32,000 nucleotides of DNA from Mycobacterium tuberculosis H37Rv (GCF_000195955.2 NC_000962.3:2250001-2282000), one strand, 5' to 3'. Shown: positions 1 through 10,020, numbered from the stretch's first letter. Notes: generated by a model not told the origin, from the letters alone. Numbers and translations: made by a program.

Positions 1-974
1 GCCAACCGGACCGTAGCGTGCTGTAGGTGTTGGGTGGCGATGATCAGGTGGCGCACGGCGTCCGCAGCGGCCTCCGGTTTGCCCTGGGAGAATCGCACGC
101 ACTCGACTTTCGCGCGCACCACCGCGCGATAAGCAATGTAGAAGTCGCGCAGCGACGCCGGGGCGGTATCACCCGAACGCACCGCATAGCCGGCCAGGAA
201 GTAGTCCCCAAGATCTTTGCGGCCCAAGAACTCCAGATCCATGGCCAAAAAGGCGGCGTCGTCGATGCGGTCGAGGTAGCGAAGCTCGTCTTCGAACTCC
301 AAGCAATCCAGCAGCGCCGGTTCGCCATCCACCAAGAAGATGTCATCGGCCAGTAGATCCGCGTGGCCGTCTACAATACAACCTTCTTTGATCCGGCCGG
401 CGAACAAAACCTCGCGCCCGGAAACGAATTCGTCGACCATGTGTTCAATCCGCCGAATCACATCCCCGGAGACCACTTTGTCCGCGTGGTGGCGAAGTTC
501 GGCCAGGTTTTCGTGCCAACGCCGCGCCACCGCACCGACCTCGCCTTGAGTATCGATGCACCGGTTACGCTGTGCGCGCTGGTGAAACCGGGCCAACACC
601 TCAGCGATCGCGTCCAGGGCACCCTCGACCGGCAGGCCGGCGGTCACCATCGACGCCAGCCGCTGCTTGTCGCGGTAACGCCGCATGACGACGACCGGTT
701 CGGCGTGCCCGCCGCTTGGATCGCTGAGATGGGCAATGCCCAAGTAGCTCTGCGCGGCCAGCCGACTATTCAACTCGAATTCCCGGATACAGGCGCGCTC
801 ACGCTGTTCCGCCGTGCGGAAGTCGCAGAAATCCGTCACCACAGGCTTTTTCGCCTTGAACGCCCGGTCGCCGGCCAACACAACCACTGCGGTGTGGGTT
901 TCGCGCACATCGATGAAAGGCTCATCTGTCACAGGATGGGCGTCACACGTGCCGTCGTTGGTCGGTGAGTCCAT
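1..974 (-). CDS. N-terminal ~324 codons of a conserved dormancy-regulon protein with an aminoglycoside-phosphotransferase/kinase-like region (Rv2004c-like). It runs off the left edge.
   Basis: It is absent from the ORF track because it is open to the window edge. Reading the reverse complement from ATG 974-972 gives MDSPTNDGTCDAHPVTDEPFIDVRETHTAVVVLAGDRAFKAKKP... with no stop down to position 3. It contains GHADLLADDIF and LDCLEFEDELRYLDRIDD, which resemble APH-type kinase catalytic and Mg-binding motifs. The start lies 21 nt downstream of the stop of the next minus-strand gene, so the two are probably co-transcribed. Confidence 0.8.
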   Translation of the reverse strand, partial: MDSPTNDGTCDAHPVTDEPFIDVRETHTAVVVLAGDRAFKAKKPVVTDFCDFRTAEQRERACIREFELNSRLAAQSYLGIAHLSDPSGGHAEPVVVMRRYRDKQRLASMVTAGLPVEGALDAIAEVLARFHQRAQRNRCIDTQGEVGAVARRWHENLAELRHHADKVVSGDVIRRIEHMVDEFVSGREVLFAGRIKEGCIVDGHADLLADDIFLVDGEPALLDCLEFEDELRYLDRIDDAAFLAMDLEFLGRKDLGDYFLAGYAVRSGDTAPASLRDFYIAYRAVVRAKVECVRFSQGKPEAAADAVRHLIIATQHLQHATVRL

Positions 975-995
975 GGCGGTAGCCAAGCCAAGTAG

Positions 996-1883
996 TCACG
1001 ACTGCCGTGCCACGATCACTGGCACCCGCGCGGCGTGTAAGACCGCGTTACTGACCGACCCCAGAAGCATGCCGGTCAAGCCACCTCGGCCATGACTGCC
1101 AACGACGACAAGCTGGGCGGACGCCGACTTTTGCACCAGCTTCCGCGCCGGGCGATCGCAAACGACAACCCGGCTCACCGGCACATCGGGATAGCGTTCT
1201 TGCCAACCTGCCAAGCGTTCGGCGAGACTAAGCTCCGCTTCCTGCTGTACAGCCGAGAAGTCCAAACCCGGAAGTTCCACCACTTCGACGTCACTCCACG
1301 CGTGCACGGCGATCAGTTCGACGCCGCGGCGCGACGCCTCGTCAAATGCCACCGCCGTCGCAAGCTCCGAAACCGGCGAACCGTCGATTCCCACCAGCAC
1401 GGGAGCGTGCTGCGGATCAGGGATCACCGCATCATCGCTGTGGATGACCGCGACCGGGCACCCGGCGCGTCGCACCAGGCTCGAGCTGACCGAACCGAGC
1501 AAGCCTCGGGCCAGCGCTCCCCGGCCCGAGCTGCCCAACACCACCATCTCTGCCTCGTTGGAGATTTCAACCATGGTAGGTACCGGCGTGGAAAATACGA
1601 GCTCGCTCTTTACGCTGAGCTTTCGATCCGCTCCAACCGCCTCTTTGGCGAGCTTGACGGCGTTGGCGACGATCTGGCGACCCTCGTCCTCCTGCCAAAC
1701 CCCCCAGGTCTCCGGATACGGCATCGGCGGCCACGTCGCTACATCGGCGTTCACCACGTGGACCACGGTCAGCGGAATGTTCCTCATCGCCGCATCGGTG
1801 GCACCCCAACAGGCGGCGGCATCCGATTCGAGCGAACCATCTACCCCGACGACAACTCCGTGCTGCTTGCGGGGTTTAGACAT
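996..1883 (-). CDS. Tandem-domain universal stress protein (Rv2005c-like, 295 aa).
   Basis: Track ORF of 295 aa. It has two USP domains, each ending in a G-x2-G-x9-G-S type ATP-binding motif (VVLGSSGRGALARGLLGSVS and [20 protein letters not shown]). It is a close paralogue of the ORFs at 21863-22747 and 24569-25408. Confidence 0.93.
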   Translation of the reverse strand: MSKPRKQHGVVVGVDGSLESDAAACWGATDAAMRNIPLTVVHVVNADVATWPPMPYPETWGVWQEDEGRQIVANAVKLAKEAVGADRKLSVKSELVFSTPVPTMVEISNEAEMVVLGSSGRGALARGLLGSVSSSLVRRAGCPVAVIHSDDAVIPDPQHAPVLVGIDGSPVSELATAVAFDEASRRGVELIAVHAWSDVEVVELPGLDFSAVQQEAELSLAERLAGWQERYPDVPVSRVVVCDRPARKLVQKSASAQLVVVGSHGRGGLTGMLLGSVSNAVLHAARVPVIVARQS

Positions 1884-1934
1884 CTCATTCTCCCTTCGCC
1901 TCGAGCAACGCTATGAACCGGGACAGTCACCGGT

Positions 1935-1954
1935 CATGAGGCTTTAGTCCCCAA
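1935..1954. promoter_or_regulatory. Candidate DosR box in the divergent Rv2005c/otsB1 intergenic region.
   Basis: The sequence catgaggctttagtccccaa was compared with the remembered consensus TTSGGGACTWWAGTCCCSAA. The right half (TTTAGTCCCCAA) matches perfectly and the left half is degenerate. The site lies between two divergent genes that I recall as DosR-regulated. Confidence 0.5.
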
Positions 1955-2001
1955 TCGGACGGCCAACCGACCATGATTGGATTCGACGCCCGAATCCAAG
2001 C

Positions 2002-5000
2002 GTGCGCTGTGGCATCGTCGTCAATGTGACCGGACCGCCGCCCACCATCGACCGGCGCTACCACGACGCTGTCATCGTCGGCCTCGACAACGTGGTCGAC
2101 AAGGCCACGCGAGTGCACGCCGCGGCATGGACGAAGTTCTTGGATGACTACCTCACCCGACGACCCCAGCGGACCGGCGAAGACCATTGCCCCCTCACCC
2201 ACGACGACTACCGCCGCTTCTTGGCCGGCAAACCCGACGGTGTAGCCGACTTCTTGGCCGCCCGCGGAATCAGGCTGCCGCCGGGCTCCCCGACTGATCT
2301 CACCGACGACACCGTGTACGGGCTGCAAAACCTCGAGCGCCAGACATTCCTGCAACTGTTGAACACCGGTGTCCCCGAGGGCAAGTCGATTGCCTCGTTC
2401 GCACGTCGGCTGCAGGTTGCCGGTGTCCGCGTGGCCGCCCACACCTCCCACCGTAACTACGGGCACACGCTGGATGCCACCGGCCTGGCAGAAGTGTTTG
2501 CCGTCTTTGTCGACGGCGCCGTCACCGCCGAGCTCGGGCTACCGGCCGAGCCTAACCCGGCCGGCCTGATCGAGACGGCGAAGCGGCTGGGAGCAAACCC
2601 CGGTCGCTGTGTGGTCATCGACAGCTGCCAGACCGGTCTGCGCGCCGGCCGGAACGGCGGATTCGCGCTGGTGATTGCCGTCGACGCGCACGGCGATGCC
2701 GAGAACCTGCTGTCCAGCGGAGCCGACGCCGTGGTCGCAGACCTGGCCGCTGTCACGGTGGGAAGCGGCGACGCCGCCATCTCCACGATTCCCGACGCCC
2801 TGCAGGTCTACAGCCAATTGAAAAGACTACTGACCGGCCGACGACCAGCGGTGTTTCTCGATTTCGACGGCACGTTATCCGATATCGTCGAGCGCCCCGA
2901 AGCGGCAACGCTCGTCGACGGCGCAGCAGAAGCGTTGCGAGCGCTGGCGGCCCAGTGTCCGGTGGCGGTGATAAGCGGACGCGACCTGGCCGACGTTCGC
3001 AACCGGGTCAAAGTCGACGGGCTGTGGCTGGCCGGCAGCCACGGCTTCGAATTAGTGGCGCCAGACGGCAGCCATCACCAAAACGCCGCCGCCACTGCAG
3101 CTATCGACGGATTGGCCGAGGCGGCAGCGCAATTGGCCGACGCACTCCGCGAAATCGCCGGAGCAGTAGTGGAACACAAACGCTTCGCAGTCGCAGTGCA
3201 CTATCGCAACGTTGCCGACGACAGCGTCGACAACCTGATTGCGGCGGTGCGCCGACTCGGACACGCAGCAGGGCTGCGTGTCACCACCGGCCGCAAAGTC
3301 GTCGAGCTTCGCCCGGATATAGCCTGGGACAAGGGCAAAGCACTCGATTGGATCGGTGAGCGGCTCGGCCCGGCCGAAGTCGGCCCCGACCTACGGTTGC
3401 CGATCTACATCGGCGACGACCTTACCGACGAAGATGCCTTTGATGCCGTGCGTTTCACCGGTGTCGGGATTGTGGTGCGCCACAACGAACACGGTGATCG
3501 ACGGTCTGCCGCTACCTTTCGTCTCGAATGTCCTTACACCGTTTGCCAATTCCTCTCCCAGCTGGCTTGCGATCTGCAGGAGGCAGTGCAGCACGACGAT
3601 CCGTGGACTCTGGTCTTCCACGGCTACGACCCCGGCCAGGAGCGGCTGCGTGAAGCGCTGTGCGCGGTGGGCAACGGCTACCTGGGTTCGCGGGGCTGCG
3701 CACCCGAATCAGCGGAAAGCGAGGCACATTACCCGGGCACCTATGTGGCCGGGGTGTACAACCAGCTCACTGACCACATCGAAGGGTGCACCGTTGACAA
3801 CGAAAGCCTGGTCAACCTCCCCAACTGGTTGTCGCTGACCTTCCGTATCGACGGCGGAGCATGGTTCAACGTCGATACGGTCGAGTTGTTGTCCTACCGG
3901 CAGACGTTCGACCTACGCCGTGCCACGTTGACCCGCAGCTTGCGATTCCGAGACGCCGGCGGACGAGTGACCACGATGACCCAGGAGCGGTTCGCGTCCA
4001 TGAACCGGCCCAACCTGGTCGCACTGCAAACTCGGATTGAATCCGAAAATTGGTCGGGCACAGTTGATTTCCGGTCACTAGTCGACGGAGGTGTGCATAA
4101 CACCCTGGTGGACCGCTATCGGCAACTATCCAGCCAACACCTTACCACCGCCGAGATAGAAGTCCTGGCGGACTCGGTGTTGTTGCGCACCCAGACGTCG
4201 CAATCGGGTATCGCGATCGCGGTCGCCGCTCGCAGTACCCTGTGGCGCGATGGCCAACGGGTCGACGCGCAATATCGGGTCGCCAGGGACACCAACCGCG
4301 GCGGCCATGACATCCAGGTCACCCTGTCAGCGGGGCAATCGGTCACGCTGGAAAAGGTCGCGACGATCTTCACGAGCCGGGACGCCGCGACATTGACAGC
4401 GGCAATAAGCGCACAGCGCTGTCTAGGTGAGGCCGGTCGCTATGCCGAGCTCTGTCAACAGCACGTCCGCGCGTGGGCACGGCTGTGGGAACGATGCGCC
4501 ATCGATTTGACCGGCAACACCGAGGAATTGCGGCTCGTGCGACTGCACCTACTGCACCTGCTACAGACCATTTCGCCGCATACCGCTGAGCTCGACGCCG
4601 GGGTCCCAGCGCGCGGGCTGAACGGAGAGGCCTACCGCGGGCATGTCTTCTGGGATGCGCTGTTCGTCGCTCCGGTGCTCAGCCTGCGGATGCCGAAGGT
4701 GGCGCGATCGCTGCTGGACTATCGGTACCGACGACTACCCGCGGCCCGCCGAGCGGCGCACCGGGCGGGCCACCTTGGCGCGATGTATCCCTGGCAGTCG
4801 GGCAGCGACGGAAGCGAAGTGAGTCAGCAGCTGCACCTCAATCCACGGTCCGGGCGGTGGACTCCCGATCCCAGTGATCGTGCCCATCACGTCGGTCTAG
4901 CGGTTGCCTACAACGCGTGGCACTACTACCAAGTGACCGGTGACCGCCAGTATCTCGTCGACTGCGGGGCAGAGCTGCTGGTTGAGATCGCACGCTTCTG

Positions 5001-5985
5001 GGTAGGCCTGGCCAAGTTGGATGACAGTCGCGGCCGCTACCTGATCCGGGGAGTAATCGGTCCCGACGAATTCCATTCGGGGTATCCCGGCAACGAGTAC
5101 GACGGAATAGACAACAATGCGTACACCAACGTGATGGCGGTATGGGTGATCCTGCGGGCAATGGAGGCGCTGGACCTGCTACCGCTGACCGATCGCCGCC
5201 ATCTGATCGAAAAGCTCGGGCTGACAACGCAGGAGCGCGACCAATGGGACGACGTGAGCCGACGCATGTTCGTTCCATTCCACGACGGCGTGATCAGCCA
5301 GTTCGAGGGCTATTCGGAACTGGCGGAACTGGATTGGGATCACTATCGGCACCGATACGGAAACATCCAACGACTCGACCGGATCCTGGAAGCCGAGGGC
5401 GACAGCGTGAACAACTACCAGGCGTCCAAGCAAGCCGACGCGCTGATGCTGCTCTACCTGCTGTCTTCCGACGAGCTGATCGGCCTGTTGGCCCGGCTTG
5501 GCTACCGCTTCGCGCCCACACAAATCCCAGGCACCGTGGATTACTATCTTGCCCGCACCTCGGATGGATCTACCCTGAGCGCTGTCGTGCATGCGTGGGT
5601 TCTCGCCCGCGCCAACCGGAGCAATGCCATGGAGTACTTCCGTCAGGTCCTGCGCTCCGATATCGCCGACGTCCAGGGCGGCACAACCCAGGAAGGAATT
5701 CACCTGGCGGCCATGGCTGGCAGCATCGACCTGCTGCAGCGTTGCTATTCCGGATTGGAACTGCGCGACGACCGGCTGGTGTTGAGCCCGCAATGGCCGG
5801 AAGCACTTGGACCACTTGAGTTTCCGTTTGTGTACCGCCGCCACCAGCTGAGCCTGCGAATCAGTGGCCGAAGCGCCACATTGACCGCAGAAAGTGGAGA
5901 CGCCGAGCCAATTGAGGTCGAATGCCGTGGCCACGTGCAGCGGCTACGGTGCGGGCACACCATCGAAGTCGGTTGCAGCAGGTGA
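2002..5985 (+). CDS. otsB1: Three-module protein of 1327 aa: a beta-phosphoglucomutase-like HAD domain, a trehalose-6-phosphate-phosphatase-like HAD domain, and a GH65 glycoside hydrolase/phosphorylase.
   Basis: The ORF has a GTG start. Residues ~20-250 align to beta-PGM-type HAD. Residues ~285-520 carry the TPP motif I FLDFDGTL and IYIGDDLTDEDAF. The C-terminal ~780 aa has the GH65 hallmark VIGPDEFHSGY and the (alpha/alpha)6 region. Length matches my memory of Rv2006. Confidence 0.93.
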   Translation: MRCGIVVNVTGPPPTIDRRYHDAVIVGLDNVVDKATRVHAAAWTKFLDDYLTRRPQRTGEDHCPLTHDDYRRFLAGKPDGVADFLAARGIRLPPGSPTDLTDDTVYGLQNLERQTFLQLLNTGVPEGKSIASFARRLQVAGVRVAAHTSHRNYGHTLDATGLAEVFAVFVDGAVTAELGLPAEPNPAGLIETAKRLGANPGRCVVIDSCQTGLRAGRNGGFALVIAVDAHGDAENLLSSGADAVVADLAAVTVGSGDAAISTIPDALQVYSQLKRLLTGRRPAVFLDFDGTLSDIVERPEAATLVDGAAEALRALAAQCPVAVISGRDLADVRNRVKVDGLWLAGSHGFELVAPDGSHHQNAAATAAIDGLAEAAAQLADALREIAGAVVEHKRFAVAVHYRNVADDSVDNLIAAVRRLGHAAGLRVTTGRKVVELRPDIAWDKGKALDWIGERLGPAEVGPDLRLPIYIGDDLTDEDAFDAVRFTGVGIVVRHNEHGDRRSAATFRLECPYTVCQFLSQLACDLQEAVQHDDPWTLVFHGYDPGQERLREALCAVGNGYLGSRGCAPESAESEAHYPGTYVAGVYNQLTDHIEGCTVDNESLVNLPNWLSLTFRIDGGAWFNVDTVELLSYRQTFDLRRATLTRSLRFRDAGGRVTTMTQERFASMNRPNLVALQTRIESENWSGTVDFRSLVDGGVHNTLVDRYRQLSSQHLTTAEIEVLADSVLLRTQTSQSGIAIAVAARSTLWRDGQRVDAQYRVARDTNRGGHDIQVTLSAGQSVTLEKVATIFTSRDAATLTAAISAQRCLGEAGRYAELCQQHVRAWARLWERCAIDLTGNTEELRLVRLHLLHLLQTISPHTAELDAGVPARGLNGEAYRGHVFWDALFVAPVLSLRMPKVARSLLDYRYRRLPAARRAAHRAGHLGAMYPWQSGSDGSEVSQQLHLNPRSGRWTPDPSDRAHHVGLAVAYNAWHYYQVTGDRQYLVDCGAELLVEIARFWVGLAKLDDSRGRYLIRGVIGPDEFHSGYPGNEYDGIDNNAYTNVMAVWVILRAMEALDLLPLTDRRHLIEKLGLTTQERDQWDDVSRRMFVPFHDGVISQFEGYSELAELDWDHYRHRYGNIQRLDRILEAEGDSVNNYQASKQADALMLLYLLSSDELIGLLARLGYRFAPTQIPGTVDYYLARTSDGSTLSAVVHAWVLARANRSNAMEYFRQVLRSDIADVQGGTTQEGIHLAAMAGSIDLLQRCYSGLELRDDRLVLSPQWPEALGPLEFPFVYRRHQLSLRISGRSATLTAESGDAEPIEVECRGHVQRLRCGHTIEVGCSR

Positions 5986-6083
5986 CCAATGTCGCACATG
6001 GTGGGTCGACGATCTCTCCTGGAAAGGACGGCCGGCCGCGGTCTCCCTTATTGCGTTGGGTGTTGTGTGCTCGTCGCCTGCGA

Positions 6084-6428
6084 CTAAGGGCACTCCACCG
6101 GGATAGCCGCGACCAGAGGCGTGTCGACTCCGATCGGGCCCACCGCTGCGGCACCACCCGGCGAACCCAGCGGAGCCACTCGGCCCGGCAGGACTTGGTG
6201 GAAAAAGGCGGCGTTGTCCCCCAGATGCTGGTGTTGATCGTCGGGTAGATCGCCTTCCCAGTAGATCGCCTCGACGCGGCAGGCCGGTTTGCACGCACCA
6301 CAATCCACGCACTCGTCGGGGTTGATGTAGAGCATTCGGGCGCCCTCATAGATACAGTCGACCGGACACTCCTGCACACAGGACTTGTCCATCACATCCA
6401 CGCACTCACTACCGATCACATAGGTCAC
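6084..6428 (-). CDS. fdxA: 7Fe-type ferredoxin (114 aa from the GTG start).
   Basis: The cysteine motifs are C-x7-C-x3-CP (CVDVMDKSCVQECP) and C-x2-C-x2-C-x3-C (CVDCGACKPAC). The track ORF extends to 6473, but GTG at 6428 gives VTYVIGSEC..., the usual ferredoxin N-terminus, and 114 aa. Confidence 0.9.
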   Translation of the reverse strand: MTYVIGSECVDVMDKSCVQECPVDCIYEGARMLYINPDECVDCGACKPACRVEAIYWEGDLPDDQHQHLGDNAAFFHQVLPGRVAPLGSPGGAAAVGPIGVDTPLVAAIPVECP

Positions 6429-6485
6429 AAACGGCAAGCTACCGGCCCGATGCCGAGGATCGCGCCTATCCAAAGACCCCTACCG

Positions 6486-6505
6486 GAAAGGACCAAAGGC
6501 CTTAT
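6486..6505. promoter_or_regulatory. Weak candidate DosR box upstream of fdxA.
   Basis: The sequence gaaaggaccaaaggccttat has a reverse complement ataaggcctttggtcctttc with partial GGNCC-N4-GGTCC symmetry resembling the DosR consensus. It lies ~60-80 nt upstream of the fdxA start. Confidence 0.3.
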
Positions 6506-6616
6506 TCGTCAAGTTCGTCACTGGCACGTCGACGCGGGGTGCAAGAAAACCGGGGCGGTTCACCCGACCGCCAGCGGGATTCACGCTCCCCCAGGCCATA
6601 AACTTACGATAGCCCG

Positions 6617-7942
6617 TCATTTCAAGAGCGCGAGAAGTTCATCGACACTCCCGGTGGTCAAGATCTGATCCGCGGGAACCGCAACGACCGTGTCGCTCAA
6701 GGGAAAGCGGTGTTCGCCAGGGTAGACGATTGCCAACCTCGCCAGTTGGAGGTCGACAAGAGCCGAGCGCATCGACCGGGAAATCGACGGTGTAGACGTC
6801 CGCTTGATCTCGAATCCATAGGGACGGCCAGATAATTCGACATAGAGATCGAGTTCGGCGTCTTGCTGGGTGCGCCAGTAATACAGCGGATTCGGGGCGA
6901 GCAGGGCCGCAAGCTGCTCGAGCACGAACCCCTCCCAGCTCGCGCCGAGCTTCGGATTGCGTTCGAGGGCAAGCCGATCGTCGATACCGAGCAACCTGTG
7001 CAACAAACCGGTGTCCCGGATGTAGATCTTGGGTGATCGGCGTTGTCGCTTTCCGATGTTGGCGAACCAGGGCGTCAGCTGACGGACGACGAGTGCATCG
7101 GTGAGCGCATCGAGGTATCGCCGCGCCGTCGTCTGAGCAACGTCGAGTGAGCGGGCAAGTTCTGCGCCGCTGAAGAGCTGGCCATGGTAGTGGGCGAGCA
7201 TCGTCCACGCGCGCCGCATCGTCGCGGCCGGAATGCGCACACCAAGCTGGGCGAGATCGCGCTCCAGAAACGTGGTGATGTAGCCGTCGCGCCACGCCGC
7301 GGAGTCCTCGTTGGAGCGTGCCGTGAACGAGGGCGGTAGACCCCCACGCAACCAGAGGCGATCGGCGGCCGAGGATCCGACGTCGCGGACCGTCAGGCCG
7401 GACAACTCCACCAACTCGACGCGTCCGGCCAAACTTTCGGACGCCAGCCCGACAAGATCGGGTGAGGCGCTACCCAGGATAAGAAACCGGGCCGGCATGA
7501 CAGGCCTGTCGACGAGCACGCGTAGGACCGGAAACAGATCCGGAATCCGTTGCGCCTCGTCGATCGTGATCAACCCGCTAAGGCCGGATAAAGCCAACAT
7601 CGGGTCGGCAAGCCGTGTCGCGTCGACGGGATTTTCGGCGTCAAACGTACATTCGGGTGCGGACTTGCCCACCAGCCGGCTAAGGGTGGTCTTGCCGGCT
7701 TGACGAGGTCCGGTAAGCAACACCACCGGCGCTCGGTGTAGCGCGCGTCGCAACCGCGCGGCGGCGTCGCGGCGTTCGATCAACATGCATGAAATTCTAG
7801 CGGTAGGCGCTGATATTTCATGGTTAGCCGCCCCCGGGAGACTCGGTGGTGGGTCCCACACGCCTAGAAAGTCGCCGGCGATAACGACCGGCCAGGTCAG
7901 CGGGGTTGGCCGCAGCCCGATAAGGCTCTCGATCTCGTCCAT
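6617..7942 (-). CDS. AAA+ ATPase with a DUF4143-type C-terminal region (COG1373 family, Rv2008c-like).
   Basis: It has a Walker A motif ([13 protein letters not shown]) and a Walker B-like motif (LITIDEAQ). ATG at 7942 gives 441 aa. The family-conserved sequence only begins at MLIERRDAA (ATG 7786), so the true start may be 7786. Confidence 0.85.
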
Positions 7943-8017
7943 CAGGCATGCTCCACATCGCCTGCACCAGGGCAAAGCTGCACCGGTCGTGCGAGCCGGT
8001 TAGCAAATAGCACGTTC

Positions 8018-8029
8018 ATACACATAAAT

Positions 8030-8035
<6 letters not shown>
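8018..8035. promoter_or_regulatory. Perfect palindrome, probably the VapB15 operator, overlapping a -10-like hexamer.
   Basis: The palindrome is atacacat-aa-atgtgtat (8 bp arms, 2 nt spacer). The hexamer tatagt at 8033-8038 fits the mycobacterial TANNNT -10 motif. Confidence 0.5.
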
Positions 8036-8671
<636 letters not shown>

Positions 8672-8853
8672 CTGCGGACACCCGGACGATTTCGTGTCTC
8701 ACATCTGACCCGTGGCCGTCGTCGTCCGCCGCCGGGTACATCGACATAGTGGACCAGGGAACATCGCCAGCGCATGAGTGAGCGCGGATACCACCCGGTC
8801 CGGGGACGCGTTGGCGCTGGCCGAAGCCGACCGGCCCAGCGATGACATCGACT

Positions 8854-9285
8854 TCAAGGACGTTCGGCTTTCAGCGCGACGATCATCCGCCTCAGGCTGT
8901 CGCGGGTCGCTTGCAGCGCGGCCGGGTCTACGGCGTCAGCAAGTCGGTTGTTGACGACGATGGCGCGTTCGGTGATTGCCTGGAGAACGCGGCGACCATT
9001 CTCGGTTAGCACCAGCAGTGGTGATGTGCGGTGGTCGGGGTTGTGTCTGAGCTCGGCCAAGCCGCAAACGACCAGATCGTTGGCCACTCGCTGCACCCCC
9101 TGACGGGTAACACCAAGGCGGCGAGCGGCTTGGGGCACGGTCAGCGCTCGATCGGAGACCACGCTCAGCAGCTGCCATCGCGCCTGCGTGTGCCCCTCTC
9201 TGGCAGCGACCACCTCACCTGAGCGCCGTAGCAGGCCAGCGAGCTCGAATACGTCTGCTACCAGCCGAGCGATCTCATCGGACAT
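8854..9285 (-). CDS. MarR-family transcriptional regulator (Rv2011c-like, 143 aa).
   Basis: The winged-HTH region is LTVPQAARRLGVTRQGVQRVANDLVVCGLAELRHNPDHRTSPLLVLTENG. The size is typical of MarR regulators. Confidence 0.88.
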   Translation of the reverse strand: MSDEIARLVADVFELAGLLRRSGEVVAAREGHTQARWQLLSVVSDRALTVPQAARRLGVTRQGVQRVANDLVVCGLAELRHNPDHRTSPLLVLTENGRRVLQAITERAIVVNNRLADAVDPAALQATRDSLRRMIVALKAERP

Positions 9286-9299
9286 CCCGCCTCCAACTT

Positions 9300-9315
9300 T
9301 GACAATATATTGTCA
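9300..9315. promoter_or_regulatory. 16 bp perfect palindrome in the MarR/DUF1398 divergent promoter region, probably the MarR operator.
   Basis: The sequence tgacaatatattgtca is a perfect palindrome. It lies 15 nt upstream of the MarR start (9285) and upstream of both candidate starts of the divergent gene. Confidence 0.55.
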
Positions 9316-9385
9316 TCATGGTTCGATGCTGTCAAAATCGAAACGGTCCTGTCGTCGTCGTGAAACCCTTCGCATCGGAGAAAAG

Positions 9386-9820
9386 ATGAGCGCTCCAATT
9401 ACGAATCTTCAAGCCGCACAGCGTGATGCCATCATGAACCGACCAGCGGTCAACGGCTTCCCCCATCTGGCCGAGACGCTGCGCCGCGCCGGTGTCCGAA
9501 CCAATACCTGGTGGCTACCGGCGATGCAAAGCCTGTACGAGACTGATTACGGTCCAGTCCTTGACCAAGGCGTGCCCCTGATCGACGGCGTGGCCGAGGT
9601 CCCGGCATTCGACCGCACGGCCCTCGTCACTGCGCTGCGCGCCGATCAGGCGGGTCAGACGTCTTTCCGAGAGTTCGCCGCGGCAGCCTGGCGAGCCGGT
9701 GTGCTCCGCTACGTCGTGGACCTCGAGAACCGCACCTGCACCTACTTCGGCCTGCATGATCAGACGTATATGGAGCACTACGCGGCAGTGGAGCCTTCCG
9801 GTGGTGCCCCTACGAGTTGA
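9386..9820 (+). CDS. DUF1398-like small protein (Rv2012-like).
   Basis: MSAPITNLQAAQRDAIMNRPAVNGFPHLAETLRRAGVRTNTWWLP... resembles my memory of the YbcV/DUF1398 family. ATG 9386 is preceded by ggagaaaag (9378-9385). An upstream in-frame ATG at 9326 (164 aa) lacks a Shine-Dalgarno (SD) ribosome-binding sequence but may be the database start. Confidence 0.8.
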   Translation: MSAPITNLQAAQRDAIMNRPAVNGFPHLAETLRRAGVRTNTWWLPAMQSLYETDYGPVLDQGVPLIDGVAEVPAFDRTALVTALRADQAGQTSFREFAAAAWRAGVLRYVVDLENRTCTYFGLHDQTYMEHYAAVEPSGGAPTS

Positions 9821-9837
9821 GCTGCGCCCGTCGCAGC
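9821..9837 (+). terminator. Possible I-shaped (no U-tract) hairpin directly after the Rv2012-like stop.
   Basis: The hairpin is gctgcg-cccgt-cgcagc, a 6 bp GC-rich stem with a 5 nt loop, starting at the first base after the TGA. No T-tract follows. Confidence 0.25.
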
Positions 9838-10020
9838 GACATTCCAGCAGACCGCGACGTCAGTCTTGGGCGGCCTGACTATCGCGATGATCCGTCGCCC
9901 GCTCATCAACCCGGTTCGTGGTCAAGACTTTTCACCGGGGCGACGTTTCCTGGGGCTAGTAAGGCGGTTGCCGATCTTCGTGAAGCGGCGGTGTCCGAGA
10001 CCCACGACACCAAGGACGTG

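Noticed and set aside
363-1916. Long plus-strand ORFs (363-968, 814-1095, 1092-1916, 1444-1947) opposite the Rv2004c-like and USP genes.
   Set aside because: They are antisense shadow ORFs typical of high-GC DNA. Their translations are Arg/Pro/Ala-rich and low in complexity with no motifs, while the minus-strand frames encode recognisable kinase-like and USP proteins.
1916-1935. A possible second DosR site (aaccgggacagtcaccggtc) in the Rv2005c/otsB1 intergenic region.
   Set aside because: Only the GGGAC half-site is present. The expected GTCCC half at 4 nt spacing is absent.
6549-6568. A possible DosR-like sequence (accggggcggttcacccgac) upstream of fdxA.
   Set aside because: It matches only about half the consensus positions, and in GC-rich DNA that is not distinguishable from chance by eye.
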